A model generated the notes under the pieces. That model was not told the DNA's origin, did not search any database, and worked only from the letters and a program-made list of their open reading frames with translations. From Deltaproteobacteria bacterium (GTDB taxonomy: Bacteria > Desulfobacterota > Binatia > UBA9968), in NCBI GenBank assembly GCA_016874755.1, contig VGTH01000022.1, forward strand, positions 19,421-83,420: 64,000 nucleotides of DNA, written 5' to 3'. The translations under genes and the position numbers were made by a program. Shown here piece by piece: positions 48,547 through 58,765 of the stretch (position 1 is the first letter of the stretch; each line of letters opens with the position of its first letter).

Positions 48547-50265
48547 ATGCCGACCATTGAGCAGTTATTGGAAGAGAAAGTCTCAGCCGCGCTGAGCGCC
48601 GCCTGTGGCGCGCCGACGGCGGCGCAAGTCAGTGCCACCGGCGATCCGCAGCGCGGCGATTACTCGGCGAGCGGTGTCATGGCGGCGGCCAAGGCGCACA
48701 AGATGAATCCGCGCCAATTGGCGCAGGATGCTTTGGCGCACTTGAACCCTAGCGACGTGCCCGCCAGCTGGGAAGTCGCCGGTCCGGGCTTCATCAATTT
48801 GCGCCTGCATGCCGAGTGGCTCGCCAAGGCGATTCTAACCGCGGCGCTCGATCAGCGTTTAGGCGTTGAAACTGTCGCCAAACCCGAAACCATCGTCGTC
48901 GACTACAGCGCGCCGAATATTGCCAAGCCGATGCATGTCGGCCATATCCGCTCGACCATCATCGGCGCCGCCTTGGCGCGCGTGCTGCGCTTTCTCGGTC
49001 ACCGAGTCATCACCGACAACCATGTTGGGGACTGGGGCACGCAGTTTGGCATGTTGATCGTTGGCTATCGCACGCTCCTCGACAAAGCGGCCTTCGAACG
49101 CGATCCGCTGGCGGAAATGGAGCGTATCTACAAAGCGATCCAGGCCAAGACTAAAACCGAGCCCGCGATTGCCGCACAGGCGCGCGAGGAGTTGGCCAAA
49201 CTACAAAAGGGCGACCCCGACAACACCCTTCTGTGGCAGGAGTTCATGGCCGTGTCACGCCAAGCTTTCGAACGGGTTTACTCGCGCCTCAAGGTCACGT
49301 TCGACCACTGGCTCGGTGAGAGTTTTTACAACCCGCAGCTCGCCAACGTCGTTCAAGAGTTGCTCGACAAGGGGCTGGCGAAACCGAGCGAAGGGGCGAT
49401 CTGCGTTTTTTACGAAGACCAACCCGAGCTCGCCGGCACACCGTTCTTGATTCAGAAGCAGGACGGCGCTTTTCTCTACGCCACCACCGATCTGGCGACG
49501 CTCAAATATCGCGCCGAAACTTTTCACGCCGACCGGGTGATCTACGTCGTCGACAATCGCCAGCAGCTCCATTTTAAGCAGCTCTTCAGCGCGGCGCGCC
49601 GCTGGGGATTGAAAATGTCGATGGAACACGTCGGCTTCGGCACCATCTTGGGCGACGACGGCAAGCCGATCAAAACCCGCGAGGGCGAGCCGATCAAGCT
49701 CGAAGCGCTGCTCGACGAAGCCGAAGAACGTGCTCAGGCGATCGCCCGCAGCAAGAACCCGGACTTACTGGAAGCCGATCTGGCGCGCATCGCCCACGTC
49801 GTCGGCATGGGCGCGGTGAAATACGCCGACCTGATGCAAAACCGCACCACCGACTATCGCTTTAGCTGGGACAAGATGCTCGCCCTCGACGGCAACACCG
49901 GGCCCTATCTGCAATATGTCTACGCGCGCATCCGCTCAGTCTTTCGCCGCGGCGAGCTGGAGACCTGGCAGCCGTCCGGCGACATGAAAATCCAGCTGCG
50001 TGAACCGCAGGAGTTGGACCTGGCCAAGCAGATGATCCGCCTGGGCGACACCTTGCTTGGCGTCGAGCGCACGCTCAGGCCACATCTGCTGGCGAGCTAT
50101 CTCTACGACCTGGCGACCCGATTCAATATCTTTTATCAATCGCAGCCCGTCCTCAAAGCGGACGACGAGATCCGCCCGACCCGGCTGCTGCTCTGTTACC
50201 TCACCGCCCGATACATCAAAGCTGGCCTCGACCTGCTCGGCATCGACACCCTTGAAACGATGTGA
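48547..50265 (+). CDS. argS: Arginine--tRNA ligase
   Basis: GPGFIN, PNIAKPMHVGH, GDWGTQFG, GNTGPYLQY-x-YARI, C-terminal Met. Confidence 0.96.
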   Translation: MPTIEQLLEEKVSAALSAACGAPTAAQVSATGDPQRGDYSASGVMAAAKAHKMNPRQLAQDALAHLNPSDVPASWEVAGPGFINLRLHAEWLAKAILTAALDQRLGVETVAKPETIVVDYSAPNIAKPMHVGHIRSTIIGAALARVLRFLGHRVITDNHVGDWGTQFGMLIVGYRTLLDKAAFERDPLAEMERIYKAIQAKTKTEPAIAAQAREELAKLQKGDPDNTLLWQEFMAVSRQAFERVYSRLKVTFDHWLGESFYNPQLANVVQELLDKGLAKPSEGAICVFYEDQPELAGTPFLIQKQDGAFLYATTDLATLKYRAETFHADRVIYVVDNRQQLHFKQLFSAARRWGLKMSMEHVGFGTILGDDGKPIKTREGEPIKLEALLDEAEERAQAIARSKNPDLLEADLARIAHVVGMGAVKYADLMQNRTTDYRFSWDKMLALDGNTGPYLQYVYARIRSVFRRGELETWQPSGDMKIQLREPQELDLAKQMIRLGDTLLGVERTLRPHLLASYLYDLATRFNIFYQSQPVLKADDEIRPTRLLLCYLTARYIKAGLDLLGIDTLETM

Positions 50266-50372
50266 CCTGCCTCAATTCGTGAGTGCCTGCCAGATTGCTT
50301 TTTGCTCTACCCTGCATTAAGCTTTATTTCTGTTTTTCGCAGATTTGCCACTAACAAATTAACTAAATCTTG

Positions 50373-51149
50373 ATGATCTACGGGCTCAAGCTGATGTTCT
50401 TTGCAGCGGTCACGATTGTGTTGGCGTTAACGACCATCACGATCGGGCTGTTCGAGCGCCATGGCAAGGTCGCCTATCGCGTCAATCGTTTTTGGACCTG
50501 GATCATTCTATGGGCCGGCGGCGTGTCGCTCAAAGTCCGAGGGCTGGAGCATATCGACCCGCGCCAACCATATATTTTCATGGTCAATCATCAGAGCAAC
50601 GTCGACATCCCGGTGCTGGTGCAAAGCTTGCCGCAGTTTCAGCTGCGCTGGGTCGCCAAAAAAGAACTACTAAAGGTGCCCTTCTTCGGTTGGGCCATGT
50701 GGGCGACCAAACACGTAACGGTGGATCGCAACGATCCGCAGGGCGCGGTGCGCAGCTTGAAAGTAGCCCAGGAACGAATGGCCGCCGGCATCTCGATTGT
50801 GGTTTTCCCCGAAGGCACGCGCAGCCGCGACGGCAAGCTGCAGCGCTTCAAGAAAGGCGGCTTTTTGTTGGCGGCCCAGGCGGGTAAGCCGATCGTGCCG
50901 GTGACGATCAACGGCAGCGGACGGCTGCTGCCCTCCGGCGCGTTCCAGCTCCGCCCCGGAACCATCGAAGTAACCGTGGATAAACCGGTGTCGGTGGTAG
51001 GTTTTCGCGCCGGCAACCTGCGCCTGCTGTCGAACCAGGTGCGCGACACGATCCAGTCGCATCTCAACGGCAGAGACGCGAACACCACCGCCAATCGGCG
51101 CGAACAAGGCGATCTGGCCGCAATGCCGCTGGAGAAACCGACAACTTAA
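50373..51149 (+). CDS. plsC: 1-acyl-sn-glycerol-3-phosphate acyltransferase
   Basis: NHQSNVD, FPEGTRS, FKKG. Confidence 0.92.
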   Translation: MIYGLKLMFFAAVTIVLALTTITIGLFERHGKVAYRVNRFWTWIILWAGGVSLKVRGLEHIDPRQPYIFMVNHQSNVDIPVLVQSLPQFQLRWVAKKELLKVPFFGWAMWATKHVTVDRNDPQGAVRSLKVAQERMAAGISIVVFPEGTRSRDGKLQRFKKGGFLLAAQAGKPIVPVTINGSGRLLPSGAFQLRPGTIEVTVDKPVSVVGFRAGNLRLLSNQVRDTIQSHLNGRDANTTANRREQGDLAAMPLEKPTT

Positions 51150-51154
51150 TTATT

Positions 51155-52810
51155 ATGGAACCGATCCGAATCATCCCCCTCGGCGGCCTGGGCGAGTTTG
51201 GCCTCAACATGATGTTGGTCGAGTATGGCGACGACGCCATCGCCATCGATTGCGGCCTGATGTTTCCCGGCGCCGATCTTTTGGGCATCGACCTGGTCAT
51301 CCCCGACATCGGCTACCTGCTCGAACAGCGCGACAAGCTCAAAGCGATCATTTTGACCCACGCCCACGAAGACCACGTCGGCGCCCTGCCCTACGTTTTG
51401 AAGCATTTTGACGTGCCGATCTACGGCTCGCGTCTGACGCTGGGTTTACTAGCTAACAAACTCAAAGAACACGACCTCGAAGACGGCGCCGATATCCACG
51501 AAATCACCGCCGGCGAACCCTGGGCCGTCGGCCCGTTCAAGATCGAAGGCATCCGCGTCACCCACAGTCTGGTCGATTGCCTGGCGCTCGCCATCGAAAC
51601 CCCGGCCGGCGTCATTATTCACACCGGCGATTTCAAAATCGACAACACGCCCATGGAAGGCGAAATGTTCGACTTCCAGCGCTTTGCCGCCTACGGCGAA
51701 AAGGGCGTGCTCTTATTGCTGTCGGATTCGACCAACGTCGAGCGGCGCGGCCACACGCCATCGGAGCGCGAGGTCGCCAGCAATTTAGAACAGATCATCG
51801 CCGGCAGCACCGGCAAAGTGCTGGTCTCGACTTTTTCGTCGAGCATCCCGCGCATTCAGCAAGTGATGGAAATTTCCGAGCGCTGCGATCGGCGCGTGGT
51901 CTTGAGCGGCCGGAGCATGATTCGCAACTGCCAGGTGGCCAGCGATCTCGGCTATCTCCACCTGCCGCGCGGCATCATGAACGACAGCGAGCGCTGGTCG
52001 GATTTGCCGCCGGACCGCGTAACTCTATTGACCACCGGCAGCCAGGGCGAACCCTTGTCCGTTTTGCACCGGGTTGCGCTGGACGATCACAAGACCATCA
52101 AAGTCACGAGCGGCGATACAGTAATATTGTCGTCGAAGTTTATTCCCGGCAACGAAAAGACCATTTCCAACATGATCAACCACCTCTACCGGCGGGGCGC
52201 CGAGGTGCACTACGAAAAGGTTTCCGAGATCCATGTTTCCGGCCATGCCAGCCAAGAAGAGTTGAAGATCATGCTGCAGTTGACCCGGCCGCGCTACTTC
52301 GTGCCGATCCACGGCGAGTACCGCCATCTGTGCAAGCATCGCCAGCTCGCCCAGGACGTCGGTGTGCCGGTGGAAAACTGCTTCATCCTTGAAGACGGCG
52401 ACGTGTTGGAAATTGACAAACACCGCGCCGCAAAGACCAAGCCCATACAAGTGGGCCGGGTTTTCGTCGACGGCAACAGCGTCGGCGACGTCGGCGACAT
52501 CGTCATCCGCGACCGCCGCCATTTATCGGAAGACGGCATGGTGCTAGCGGTCATGGCGATCCATCAACAGACCGGCGAGCTGGTCGCCGGGCCGGACCTG
52601 ATTTCGCGCGGCTTCATGAGCCCGGAAGAGAGCGAAGAAGTGCTGGAGCAGGCGCGCAAAGCCGTGCTGGAAACGTTGAACGGGCTAAACAAAGAAAGCC
52701 GCACCGACCCGGCCGAGCTGCAAGAAGAAGTGCGCAAGACGCTGCGGCGCTATTTCCGCAAGAAACTGGAACGGCGGCCCGTGGTGCTGCCTTATATCAT
52801 CGAAACGTGA
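51155..52810 (+). CDS. rnj: Ribonuclease J
   Basis: PLGGLGEFG, THAHEDH, SDSTN, TGSQGE, HVSGH, PIHGE. Confidence 0.96.
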   Translation: MEPIRIIPLGGLGEFGLNMMLVEYGDDAIAIDCGLMFPGADLLGIDLVIPDIGYLLEQRDKLKAIILTHAHEDHVGALPYVLKHFDVPIYGSRLTLGLLANKLKEHDLEDGADIHEITAGEPWAVGPFKIEGIRVTHSLVDCLALAIETPAGVIIHTGDFKIDNTPMEGEMFDFQRFAAYGEKGVLLLLSDSTNVERRGHTPSEREVASNLEQIIAGSTGKVLVSTFSSSIPRIQQVMEISERCDRRVVLSGRSMIRNCQVASDLGYLHLPRGIMNDSERWSDLPPDRVTLLTTGSQGEPLSVLHRVALDDHKTIKVTSGDTVILSSKFIPGNEKTISNMINHLYRRGAEVHYEKVSEIHVSGHASQEELKIMLQLTRPRYFVPIHGEYRHLCKHRQLAQDVGVPVENCFILEDGDVLEIDKHRAAKTKPIQVGRVFVDGNSVGDVGDIVIRDRRHLSEDGMVLAVMAIHQQTGELVAGPDLISRGFMSPEESEEVLEQARKAVLETLNGLNKESRTDPAELQEEVRKTLRRYFRKKLERRPVVLPYIIET

Positions 52811-52834
52811 GCGTGGCAGAAGAGCAAAAAACGG

Positions 52835-52935
52835 TTCACCACCAAGACACCAAGGACACGAAGTTTGGCACCAGAAGTTTTTTGAAACTTTTTTCTTTTC
52901 TTCCCTTCGTGCTCTTCGTGCCGCTTCGTGGTGAA
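52835..52935. repeat. Palindromic repeat (TTCACCAC...GTGGTGAA family)
   Basis: TTCACCACCAAGACACCAAGGACACGAAG ... CTTCGTGCTCTTCGTGCCGCTTCGTGGTGAA. Confidence 0.7.
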
Positions 52936-52952
52936 ATTGGATTGAAGTGATC

Positions 52953-55211
52953 ATGGAAAAAGGACGTTTAACTCGCGAAATCTGGGGCGTGGTGCTGTTT
53001 CTCACAGTGCTGCTCATCACCATTAGCCTCCTGTCGTTCGACGTCAAGGACCGCTCGTTCAACACCCCGTCGGGCTTGGTGCAGACCCATAATTGGGGCG
53101 GTTTTTTGGGCGCCTACCTCGCCGATATGCTGCTCCAAGGCTTCGGCCTGTCGTCGTTTTTGTTTCCGGTGTTTGGCGCCATGATCGCTTTTCAGCTCTT
53201 TCGCGCCCAGTTTAAAGGCATCTCGTGGCTCAAGACTTTGGGCTACGGGGTGTTTTTTCTCAGCGTAGCGGTGACGATCAGCATTTTCATCGATGCCGAA
53301 AACGCCCGCGAAGCCGGCGGCATTGTCGGCGGCTTTTTCAAAGAAGCGATTCTGGTGCCTTGGTTCGGCCGCATCAGCGCGACGTTGATTACGCTTGCGG
53401 CGCTGTTGCTCTCGCTCATGCTGCTGACGCAGAACTCTTTGGCGGACCTGTTCGATCGCACCTCGAAAAATATTCTCCAGCTGCGCAAATCGGTGCTGCC
53501 GGCGGTCGGCGAAAAAATCAAAGACCTCAAAGAGAAACAGGAAAAGCGCAAAGCCGAAACCTCCAAAGAGAACGCCAAGAAAGAACGGCCCGATTACACA
53601 CCGCCGCAGATCGTCGTCAAAGATGAGCTGCGCGACGAGCCGGGCAAGAAAGCGCCGAAAAAGAGCGCCGTGCCGCCCGAGCAATTCAAGCTGCCGGTCA
53701 TCAGCGAAGAAGGCTACAAAGTGCCGCCGCCGGAGCTGCTCGACATGCCCGAAGAGCAGCCGTCTAAAATTGACAAAGAAACGCTGCAAGCCAACTCGAT
53801 CATTCTGCAAAAAAAGCTCGCCGACTTTGGCGTCGAGGGCGAAGTGGTGGCGGTGCGCCCCGGGCCGGTCATCACCATGTACGAGTTCAAGCCCGCACCG
53901 GGTGTCAAAGTCCGGCGCATCGTCATGTTGGCCGACGACCTGGCGATGGCGCTGCGCGCCGTCAGCGTGCGCATTTTGGCGCCGATTCCCGGCGAATCGG
54001 TGGTCGGCATCGAGATTCCCAACCCGCGCCGCGAAACGGTCTATCTGCGCGAGATGATCGAGGGCGAGGCCTATCAAGCCTCCGAATCGAAGATAACCTT
54101 GGCGTTAGGCAAGGACATCGGCGGCACCCCCTTCGCCGCCGATCTGGCGCGCATGCCGCATCTGCTGGTCGCCGGCGCCACCGGCACCGGTAAATCGGTG
54201 TCGATCAACGCGATGATTTTGAGCATCCTTTTCAAATCGTCGCCTTCGGACGTCAAATTCATCATGGTCGACCCCAAGATGCTCGAGTTGACGGTTTATG
54301 AAGATATTCCGCATTTGCTCGTGCCGGTGGTCACCGATCCCAAAAAGGCCGCCGCGGCGCTGTTCTGGGCGATGGATGAAATGGACCGCCGCTATCGTCT
54401 AATGAGAGACAAGGGCGTGCGCAACATCGACAGCTACAACAAGAGTTCGGAAAAGGAGAACGCCGGTCGGAGCCCGACGGTCAGCGCGCAAGAAGGACCA
54501 TCGGGCGACGCCGCGGAGCTCGGCGGCGACTTGAGCGAAGCGGCGCCGATCGTCCATGAAAAAATGCCGCGCATCGTTATTATCGTCGACGAGCTGGCCG
54601 ACCTCATGATGACCGTCGGGCGCGACATCGAGGAGTACATCACCCGCCTGGCGCAAAAAGCGCGCGCCGCCGGCATCCATCTGATTCTCGCCACGCAGCG
54701 GCCCTCGGTCGACGTCATCACCGGTCTGATCAAGGCCAACTTTCCGGCGCGGGTTTCGTTTCAAGTCACTTCGCGCATCGATTCGCGGACGATCTTGGAT
54801 TCCATGGGCGCGGAAAAGCTTCTGGGCAACGGCGATTTGCTCTATTTGCCGCCGGGAACGGCGCGCCTGACCCGCGTCCACGGCGCCTTTGTCTCGGACC
54901 AGGAAGTGCGCCGGGTCATGAAGTTCATCAAGGCCCAGGGCCGGCCGCAGTACCGCACCGATGTCCTGCAAGCCAAAAAAGAGATGGAGGCAGCGGCGGC
55001 GGCGGACGAAGAATATGACGAGATGTACGACCAGGCAGTGGCCATCGTCACCGAAACCCAGCAAGCGTCGATCTCGATGGTCCAGCGCCGGCTGCGCGTC
55101 GGCTACAACCGCGCCGCCCGCATGATCGAACAAATGGAGCGCGACGGGGTGGTAGGCCCAGCCGACGGCGCCAAACCGCGCGAAGTCTATGCAAGAAAAA
55201 TTGAAGAATAG
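52953..55211 (+). CDS. ftsK: DNA translocase FtsK
   Basis: N-terminal TM domain, PHLLVAGATGTGKS, DELADLMM, ATQRPSVDV, gamma domain GYNRAAR. Confidence 0.97.
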   Translation: MEKGRLTREIWGVVLFLTVLLITISLLSFDVKDRSFNTPSGLVQTHNWGGFLGAYLADMLLQGFGLSSFLFPVFGAMIAFQLFRAQFKGISWLKTLGYGVFFLSVAVTISIFIDAENAREAGGIVGGFFKEAILVPWFGRISATLITLAALLLSLMLLTQNSLADLFDRTSKNILQLRKSVLPAVGEKIKDLKEKQEKRKAETSKENAKKERPDYTPPQIVVKDELRDEPGKKAPKKSAVPPEQFKLPVISEEGYKVPPPELLDMPEEQPSKIDKETLQANSIILQKKLADFGVEGEVVAVRPGPVITMYEFKPAPGVKVRRIVMLADDLAMALRAVSVRILAPIPGESVVGIEIPNPRRETVYLREMIEGEAYQASESKITLALGKDIGGTPFAADLARMPHLLVAGATGTGKSVSINAMILSILFKSSPSDVKFIMVDPKMLELTVYEDIPHLLVPVVTDPKKAAAALFWAMDEMDRRYRLMRDKGVRNIDSYNKSSEKENAGRSPTVSAQEGPSGDAAELGGDLSEAAPIVHEKMPRIVIIVDELADLMMTVGRDIEEYITRLAQKARAAGIHLILATQRPSVDVITGLIKANFPARVSFQVTSRIDSRTILDSMGAEKLLGNGDLLYLPPGTARLTRVHGAFVSDQEVRRVMKFIKAQGRPQYRTDVLQAKKEMEAAAAADEEYDEMYDQAVAIVTETQQASISMVQRRLRVGYNRAARMIEQMERDGVVGPADGAKPREVYARKIEE

Positions 55212-55917
55212 CTTTTTGGGGAAATTGCTGGCAGCGCTCCTCCTAAAATTCCCGCCTTTGAAAAAGGGGGGTCAAATCATCACGGCTGCGGTTCTCGCCG
55301 CATTCGCACTGACGGCGCAACTCCACAGCGCCGAACCGAGCGCCGATGCCATCGTCGACGCGCTGCAAAAAAACTACGACGCGACCGGCGATTTCGTCGC
55401 CGACTTCAGCCAGGAGACCGCGGTCAAAACCCTCAACCGCAGCCTCAAGGCCAGCGGCAAAATCACCTACAAACGGCCGGGCAAGATGCTCTGGCGCTAC
55501 GAAGAGCCCAAGGGCCAATTCGTCCTGGCCGACGGCAAGCATCTTTACTTCTTTCAGCCCGAGCAAAACCAGGTGATCAAAAGCCCGCTGAAGAACGCCT
55601 TTCGCGGCGACATCCCGCTGTCGTTTTTGCTCGGCTTGGGCAACTTGAAAAAAGACTTCAACGCCGCGCTCCAATCCAGTGAGGGCAATCAGTACACCCT
55701 GCGTCTGGAACCCAAGGGCGAAGCGGGCGGCTACAGCGAAATCCTCATCAGCGTCAACAAGAACAGCTTCGACATCCAATCGGTCAGCGTGCGCGACGCC
55801 GCCAGCAATGTGACGACATTGCGCTTTGCTGCGATGCAGAAGGGCACCGGCGTCAAAGATTCCCTGTTTCAATTCCAAGTTCCCGCCGGCGCCGACGTAG
55901 TGGAGCTGGGCCAGTGA
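55189..55917 (+). CDS. lolA: Outer membrane lipoprotein carrier LolA
   Basis: ADFSQ, KRPGKMLWRY, DGKHLY, FQFQVPAGADVV; follows ftsK. Confidence 0.88.
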   Translation: MQEKLKNSFLGKLLAALLLKFPPLKKGGQIITAAVLAAFALTAQLHSAEPSADAIVDALQKNYDATGDFVADFSQETAVKTLNRSLKASGKITYKRPGKMLWRYEEPKGQFVLADGKHLYFFQPEQNQVIKSPLKNAFRGDIPLSFLLGLGNLKKDFNAALQSSEGNQYTLRLEPKGEAGGYSEILISVNKNSFDIQSVSVRDAASNVTTLRFAAMQKGTGVKDSLFQFQVPAGADVVELGQ

Positions 55918-57266
55918 GCCAGACGCCGAAAAAACTTAGCATCGTCAGCCTGGGCTGCGCCCGCAACCTGGTCGATTCCGAGGTCATGGCCGGCTTGTTG
56001 AAGCAGCATGACTACGAAATCGTCGAGGAGCCAAGCAGCGCTGACATCGTCATGGTCAACACCTGCGGCTTCATCGGCGCTGCCAAGGAAGAGTCCATCG
56101 ACACGATATTGGAAATCTCCAAACTCAAGGATGCTGGCCAGGTAAAAAAGCTCATCGTCGCCGGCTGCCTGTCGCAGCGCTACCCGGAGGCCATGGCGAG
56201 CGAGCTGCCCGAGGTCGACCTGTTTATCGGCACCGGCGAGGTGCCGCGCATCGTCGACATCCTGCGCGAGCACGAGGCCAACCGGAGCCGGCGACAGTAT
56301 GTCGGCTTGCCCAGCTATCTCTACGACCATGCCACCCCCCGGCTGCGCACCACCGCGTCCCACACGACCTATTTAAAGGTCTCCGAAGGGTGCGACCACA
56401 AGTGTGCTTTTTGCATCATCCCCCAGCTGCGCGGCCCGTCGCGCAGCCGTTCGATCGACTCGGTAGTCGCCGAGGCACGGATGCTGAGCCAAAGCGGCGT
56501 CAAGGAAATCAACCTGATCGCCCAGGACCTGACCGCCTACGGCCGCGACCGCAAGGACGGCACGACGCTTTACGGTCTTTTGCGCGAGCTGGACCGCCTT
56601 CCCGAAGTCGTCTGGCTCCGGCTCTTGTACTCCTATCCCAATTTCCTCGACGCTCCCCTGCTCGACCTGATCCGCAACAGCGACAAGATTTGCAAGTACA
56701 TCGACATCCCGTTCCAGCACATCAGCAAGCGCTTATTGACCAAGATGCGCCGCGGCAAGAGCGGCAGCGCCGTCCGCGAAGCCATCGCCAAGCTGCGCGG
56801 CGCCATCCCCGCCCTGACACTGCGGACATCTTTGATCGTCGGCTTTCCCGGCGAGACCGAAGACGATTTCGACGAACTGTGCGATTTTGTCGAGGAAGCG
56901 GGCTTCGAGCGCCTTGGCGTTTTCAAGTATTCGGAAGAGGAAGGCACCGCAGCCGCGACAATGGGCGACAAGATAGACGAGCAGGAGAAAGAAAGGCGCT
57001 GGCAGGAAGTCATGGACCTGCAAGCGGACATTTCAAGAAAAAAAAATGAGGCCTTGATTGGCTCCATTCAGCGGGTTATGATCGACAGGATCGATTCAGA
57101 AACGGGGATGATTTGCGGGCGCACCCAAGCCCACGCTCCGGAAGTTGACGGGGTCGTGCACATCGGCCCCACTGAGAAGGAACTCGCACCCGGATCGATG
57201 CTAGACATCAGAATTACTTCCGCCCTGGACTACGACCTGATTGGTGAGCAAACCCATGGCAACTAA
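55914..57266 (+). CDS. rimO: Ribosomal protein S12 methylthiotransferase RimO
   Basis: SLGCARNLVDSE, NTCGFI, GCDHKCAFC, APEVDG. Confidence 0.95.
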   Translation: MSQTPKKLSIVSLGCARNLVDSEVMAGLLKQHDYEIVEEPSSADIVMVNTCGFIGAAKEESIDTILEISKLKDAGQVKKLIVAGCLSQRYPEAMASELPEVDLFIGTGEVPRIVDILREHEANRSRRQYVGLPSYLYDHATPRLRTTASHTTYLKVSEGCDHKCAFCIIPQLRGPSRSRSIDSVVAEARMLSQSGVKEINLIAQDLTAYGRDRKDGTTLYGLLRELDRLPEVVWLRLLYSYPNFLDAPLLDLIRNSDKICKYIDIPFQHISKRLLTKMRRGKSGSAVREAIAKLRGAIPALTLRTSLIVGFPGETEDDFDELCDFVEEAGFERLGVFKYSEEEGTAAATMGDKIDEQEKERRWQEVMDLQADISRKKNEALIGSIQRVMIDRIDSETGMICGRTQAHAPEVDGVVHIGPTEKELAPGSMLDIRITSALDYDLIGEQTHGN

Positions 57267-57783
57267 AGTCGACCCCGAAAAAGAAAAAAAACAACGCCGC
57301 GACCTCCTAGAAAAAGAAAAAAAACAACGCCGCGACTTCCTAGAAAAAGAAAAAAAACAACGCCGCGACTTCCTAAAACAGGCCTCTCTCATGTTAAACG
57401 GCATGAAAAAGCAGCTGATGAAGGAAATGCAGGGCCGCGTCAAAGGCGAAACCGAAGGCCTCAAAGACGAGGGCCGCGACACCTACGACTTGGCCAGCGA
57501 CGAGCGCGATCGCGAAATCAATTTTATCCTAAACGACCGCGAGCGCGAGAAGCTGCTGGCCATCGACGAAGCCCTGCAGCGGATCAAAGAAAAGTCCTAC
57601 GGGATCTGTGAGAGCTGCGAAGGAGAGATTCAGCTAGGCCGCCTGAAGGTCTTACCCTTCACCCGTCTCTGCGTCAAATGCCAGGAAGAAAACGAGAAAG
57701 AAAGCAAACGGCAGAAGACCCTCGAGGATGAACGGGGTTATCGCAAGCTGGTGGTCAATGACTTCGAAGAAGAGGGGTTTTAG
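57256..57783 (+). CDS. dksA: DksA/TraR family RNA polymerase-binding protein
   Basis: DTYDLA (DxxDxA), YGICESC...RLCVKC zinc finger. Confidence 0.85.
   Translation: MATKVDPEKEKKQRRDLLEKEKKQRRDFLEKEKKQRRDFLKQASLMLNGMKKQLMKEMQGRVKGETEGLKDEGRDTYDLASDERDREINFILNDREREKLLAIDEALQRIKEKSYGICESCEGEIQLGRLKVLPFTRLCVKCQEENEKESKRQKTLEDERGYRKLVVNDFEEEGF
57277..57375 (+). repeat. 33-bp x3 in-frame tandem repeat
   Basis: GAAAAAGAAAAAAAACAACGCCGCGAC(C/T)TCCTA three times = EKEKKQRRD(L/F)L. Confidence 0.95.
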
Positions 57784-57821
57784 AACGATATTTCTGTAAC
57801 CGAGTCAAAGCGGCTATCAAT

Positions 57822-57857
57822 AAAAAGGGGGCAAGGTTGTGAAACCTGCCCCCTTTT
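57822..57857. terminator. Bidirectional intrinsic terminator
   Basis: AAAAAGGGGGCA-AGGTT...AACCTGCCCCCTTTT. Confidence 0.75.
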
Positions 57858-57875
57858 CTATTAAAACTATAAACC

Positions 57876-57896
57876 TTATTCGCCCTTGGCCGGAAC
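57876..57896 (-). pseudogene. Last codons (VPAKGE*) of a deleted paralog of the 59994/60417 proteins
   Basis: Reverse strand GTT CCG GCC AAG GGC GAA TAA matches the VPAKGE*/LPAKGE* ends of both paralogs and abuts the repeat at 57897. Confidence 0.6.
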
Positions 57897-57970
57897 CTAG
57901 CCCGAATTATTCATGCGACCGGGAAAACCCATGACACTGTGTCGATCGAAGTGGAACTCTGGAGGAGCGA
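57897..57970 (+). repeat. 74-bp MITE-like end, copy 2
   Basis: One mismatch to the reverse complement of 62790-62863; near-identical to 44611-44683. Confidence 0.9.
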
Positions 57971-58064
57971 CAATCTCAGTCGCTTGGTCTCGGCATAACT
58001 CACTATTTTCACTTGTTTGAGTTTGATGTAACCTACTCAGGTACTAGGCCCTGCTGACAGAAAT

Positions 58065-58748
58065 ATGGAGACAACCACTATGACTGAGATAAGAGTTGTC
58101 ATCGCCGATGACCATGCGCTGTTCCGCGACGGATTGCGCAAGATTCTTGCCCTGGAAAAAGACATCTTGGTCGTAGGCGAAGCCGCCAATGGCGACGAGG
58201 CGACCAAAGTCGCAGAGCGCACAAAACCCGATGTCCTGCTCTTGGATTTGAAAATGCCCAAAGGTGAGCTTGTGCAAAACTTGCTCGACGTCACGGCGCG
58301 CACGCCGGCCACCCGAGTCGTAGTCTTAACCGCGTTTTCCGACGACGAGAACGTTCTCAACGCCGCTAAGAGCGGCGCGAAAGGCTATGTCTCGAAGGGC
58401 GTTCCCTCGGCGACACTGGTGCAAGCGATCAAGAGTGTCCACGGCGGGAGTCCATGGATCGACAAGGAAATTCCCTCATGGGAAACTTTCCTGGAAATCG
58501 CCAGCGGCCAAACCGAGGCTCGCCCCATGCCGACGCCGCGCACGGACAACGCCATCGGCACCTTAACTAAAAGGGAGCTGGAAATTCTCCGCCTGGTCGC
58601 TGAGGGTCTGACCAACGAAGAGATCGGCAAAAAAATCTTCATCAGCGAGAAGACCGTCAAAACCCATTTGACCAACATTTTCGACAAGCTGAAAGTCAAT
58701 AACCGCTTTAAGGCGGCCTTAATGCTGCGTGGTCGGACGACTCACTAG
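58065..58748 (+). CDS. NarL/LuxR-family response regulator (start may be 58080)
   Basis: IADDH, LLDLKMP, LTKRELEIL...GLTNEEIG...SEKTVKTH. Confidence 0.93.
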   Translation: METTTMTEIRVVIADDHALFRDGLRKILALEKDILVVGEAANGDEATKVAERTKPDVLLLDLKMPKGELVQNLLDVTARTPATRVVVLTAFSDDENVLNAAKSGAKGYVSKGVPSATLVQAIKSVHGGSPWIDKEIPSWETFLEIASGQTEARPMPTPRTDNAIGTLTKRELEILRLVAEGLTNEEIGKKIFISEKTVKTHLTNIFDKLKVNNRFKAALMLRGRTTH

Positions 58749-58765
58749 TCGGGAGTGCGTCGACC

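Noticed and set aside
57277..57375. CRISPR-like 33-bp repeats
   Set aside because: No spacers, in frame within dksA, and no cas genes
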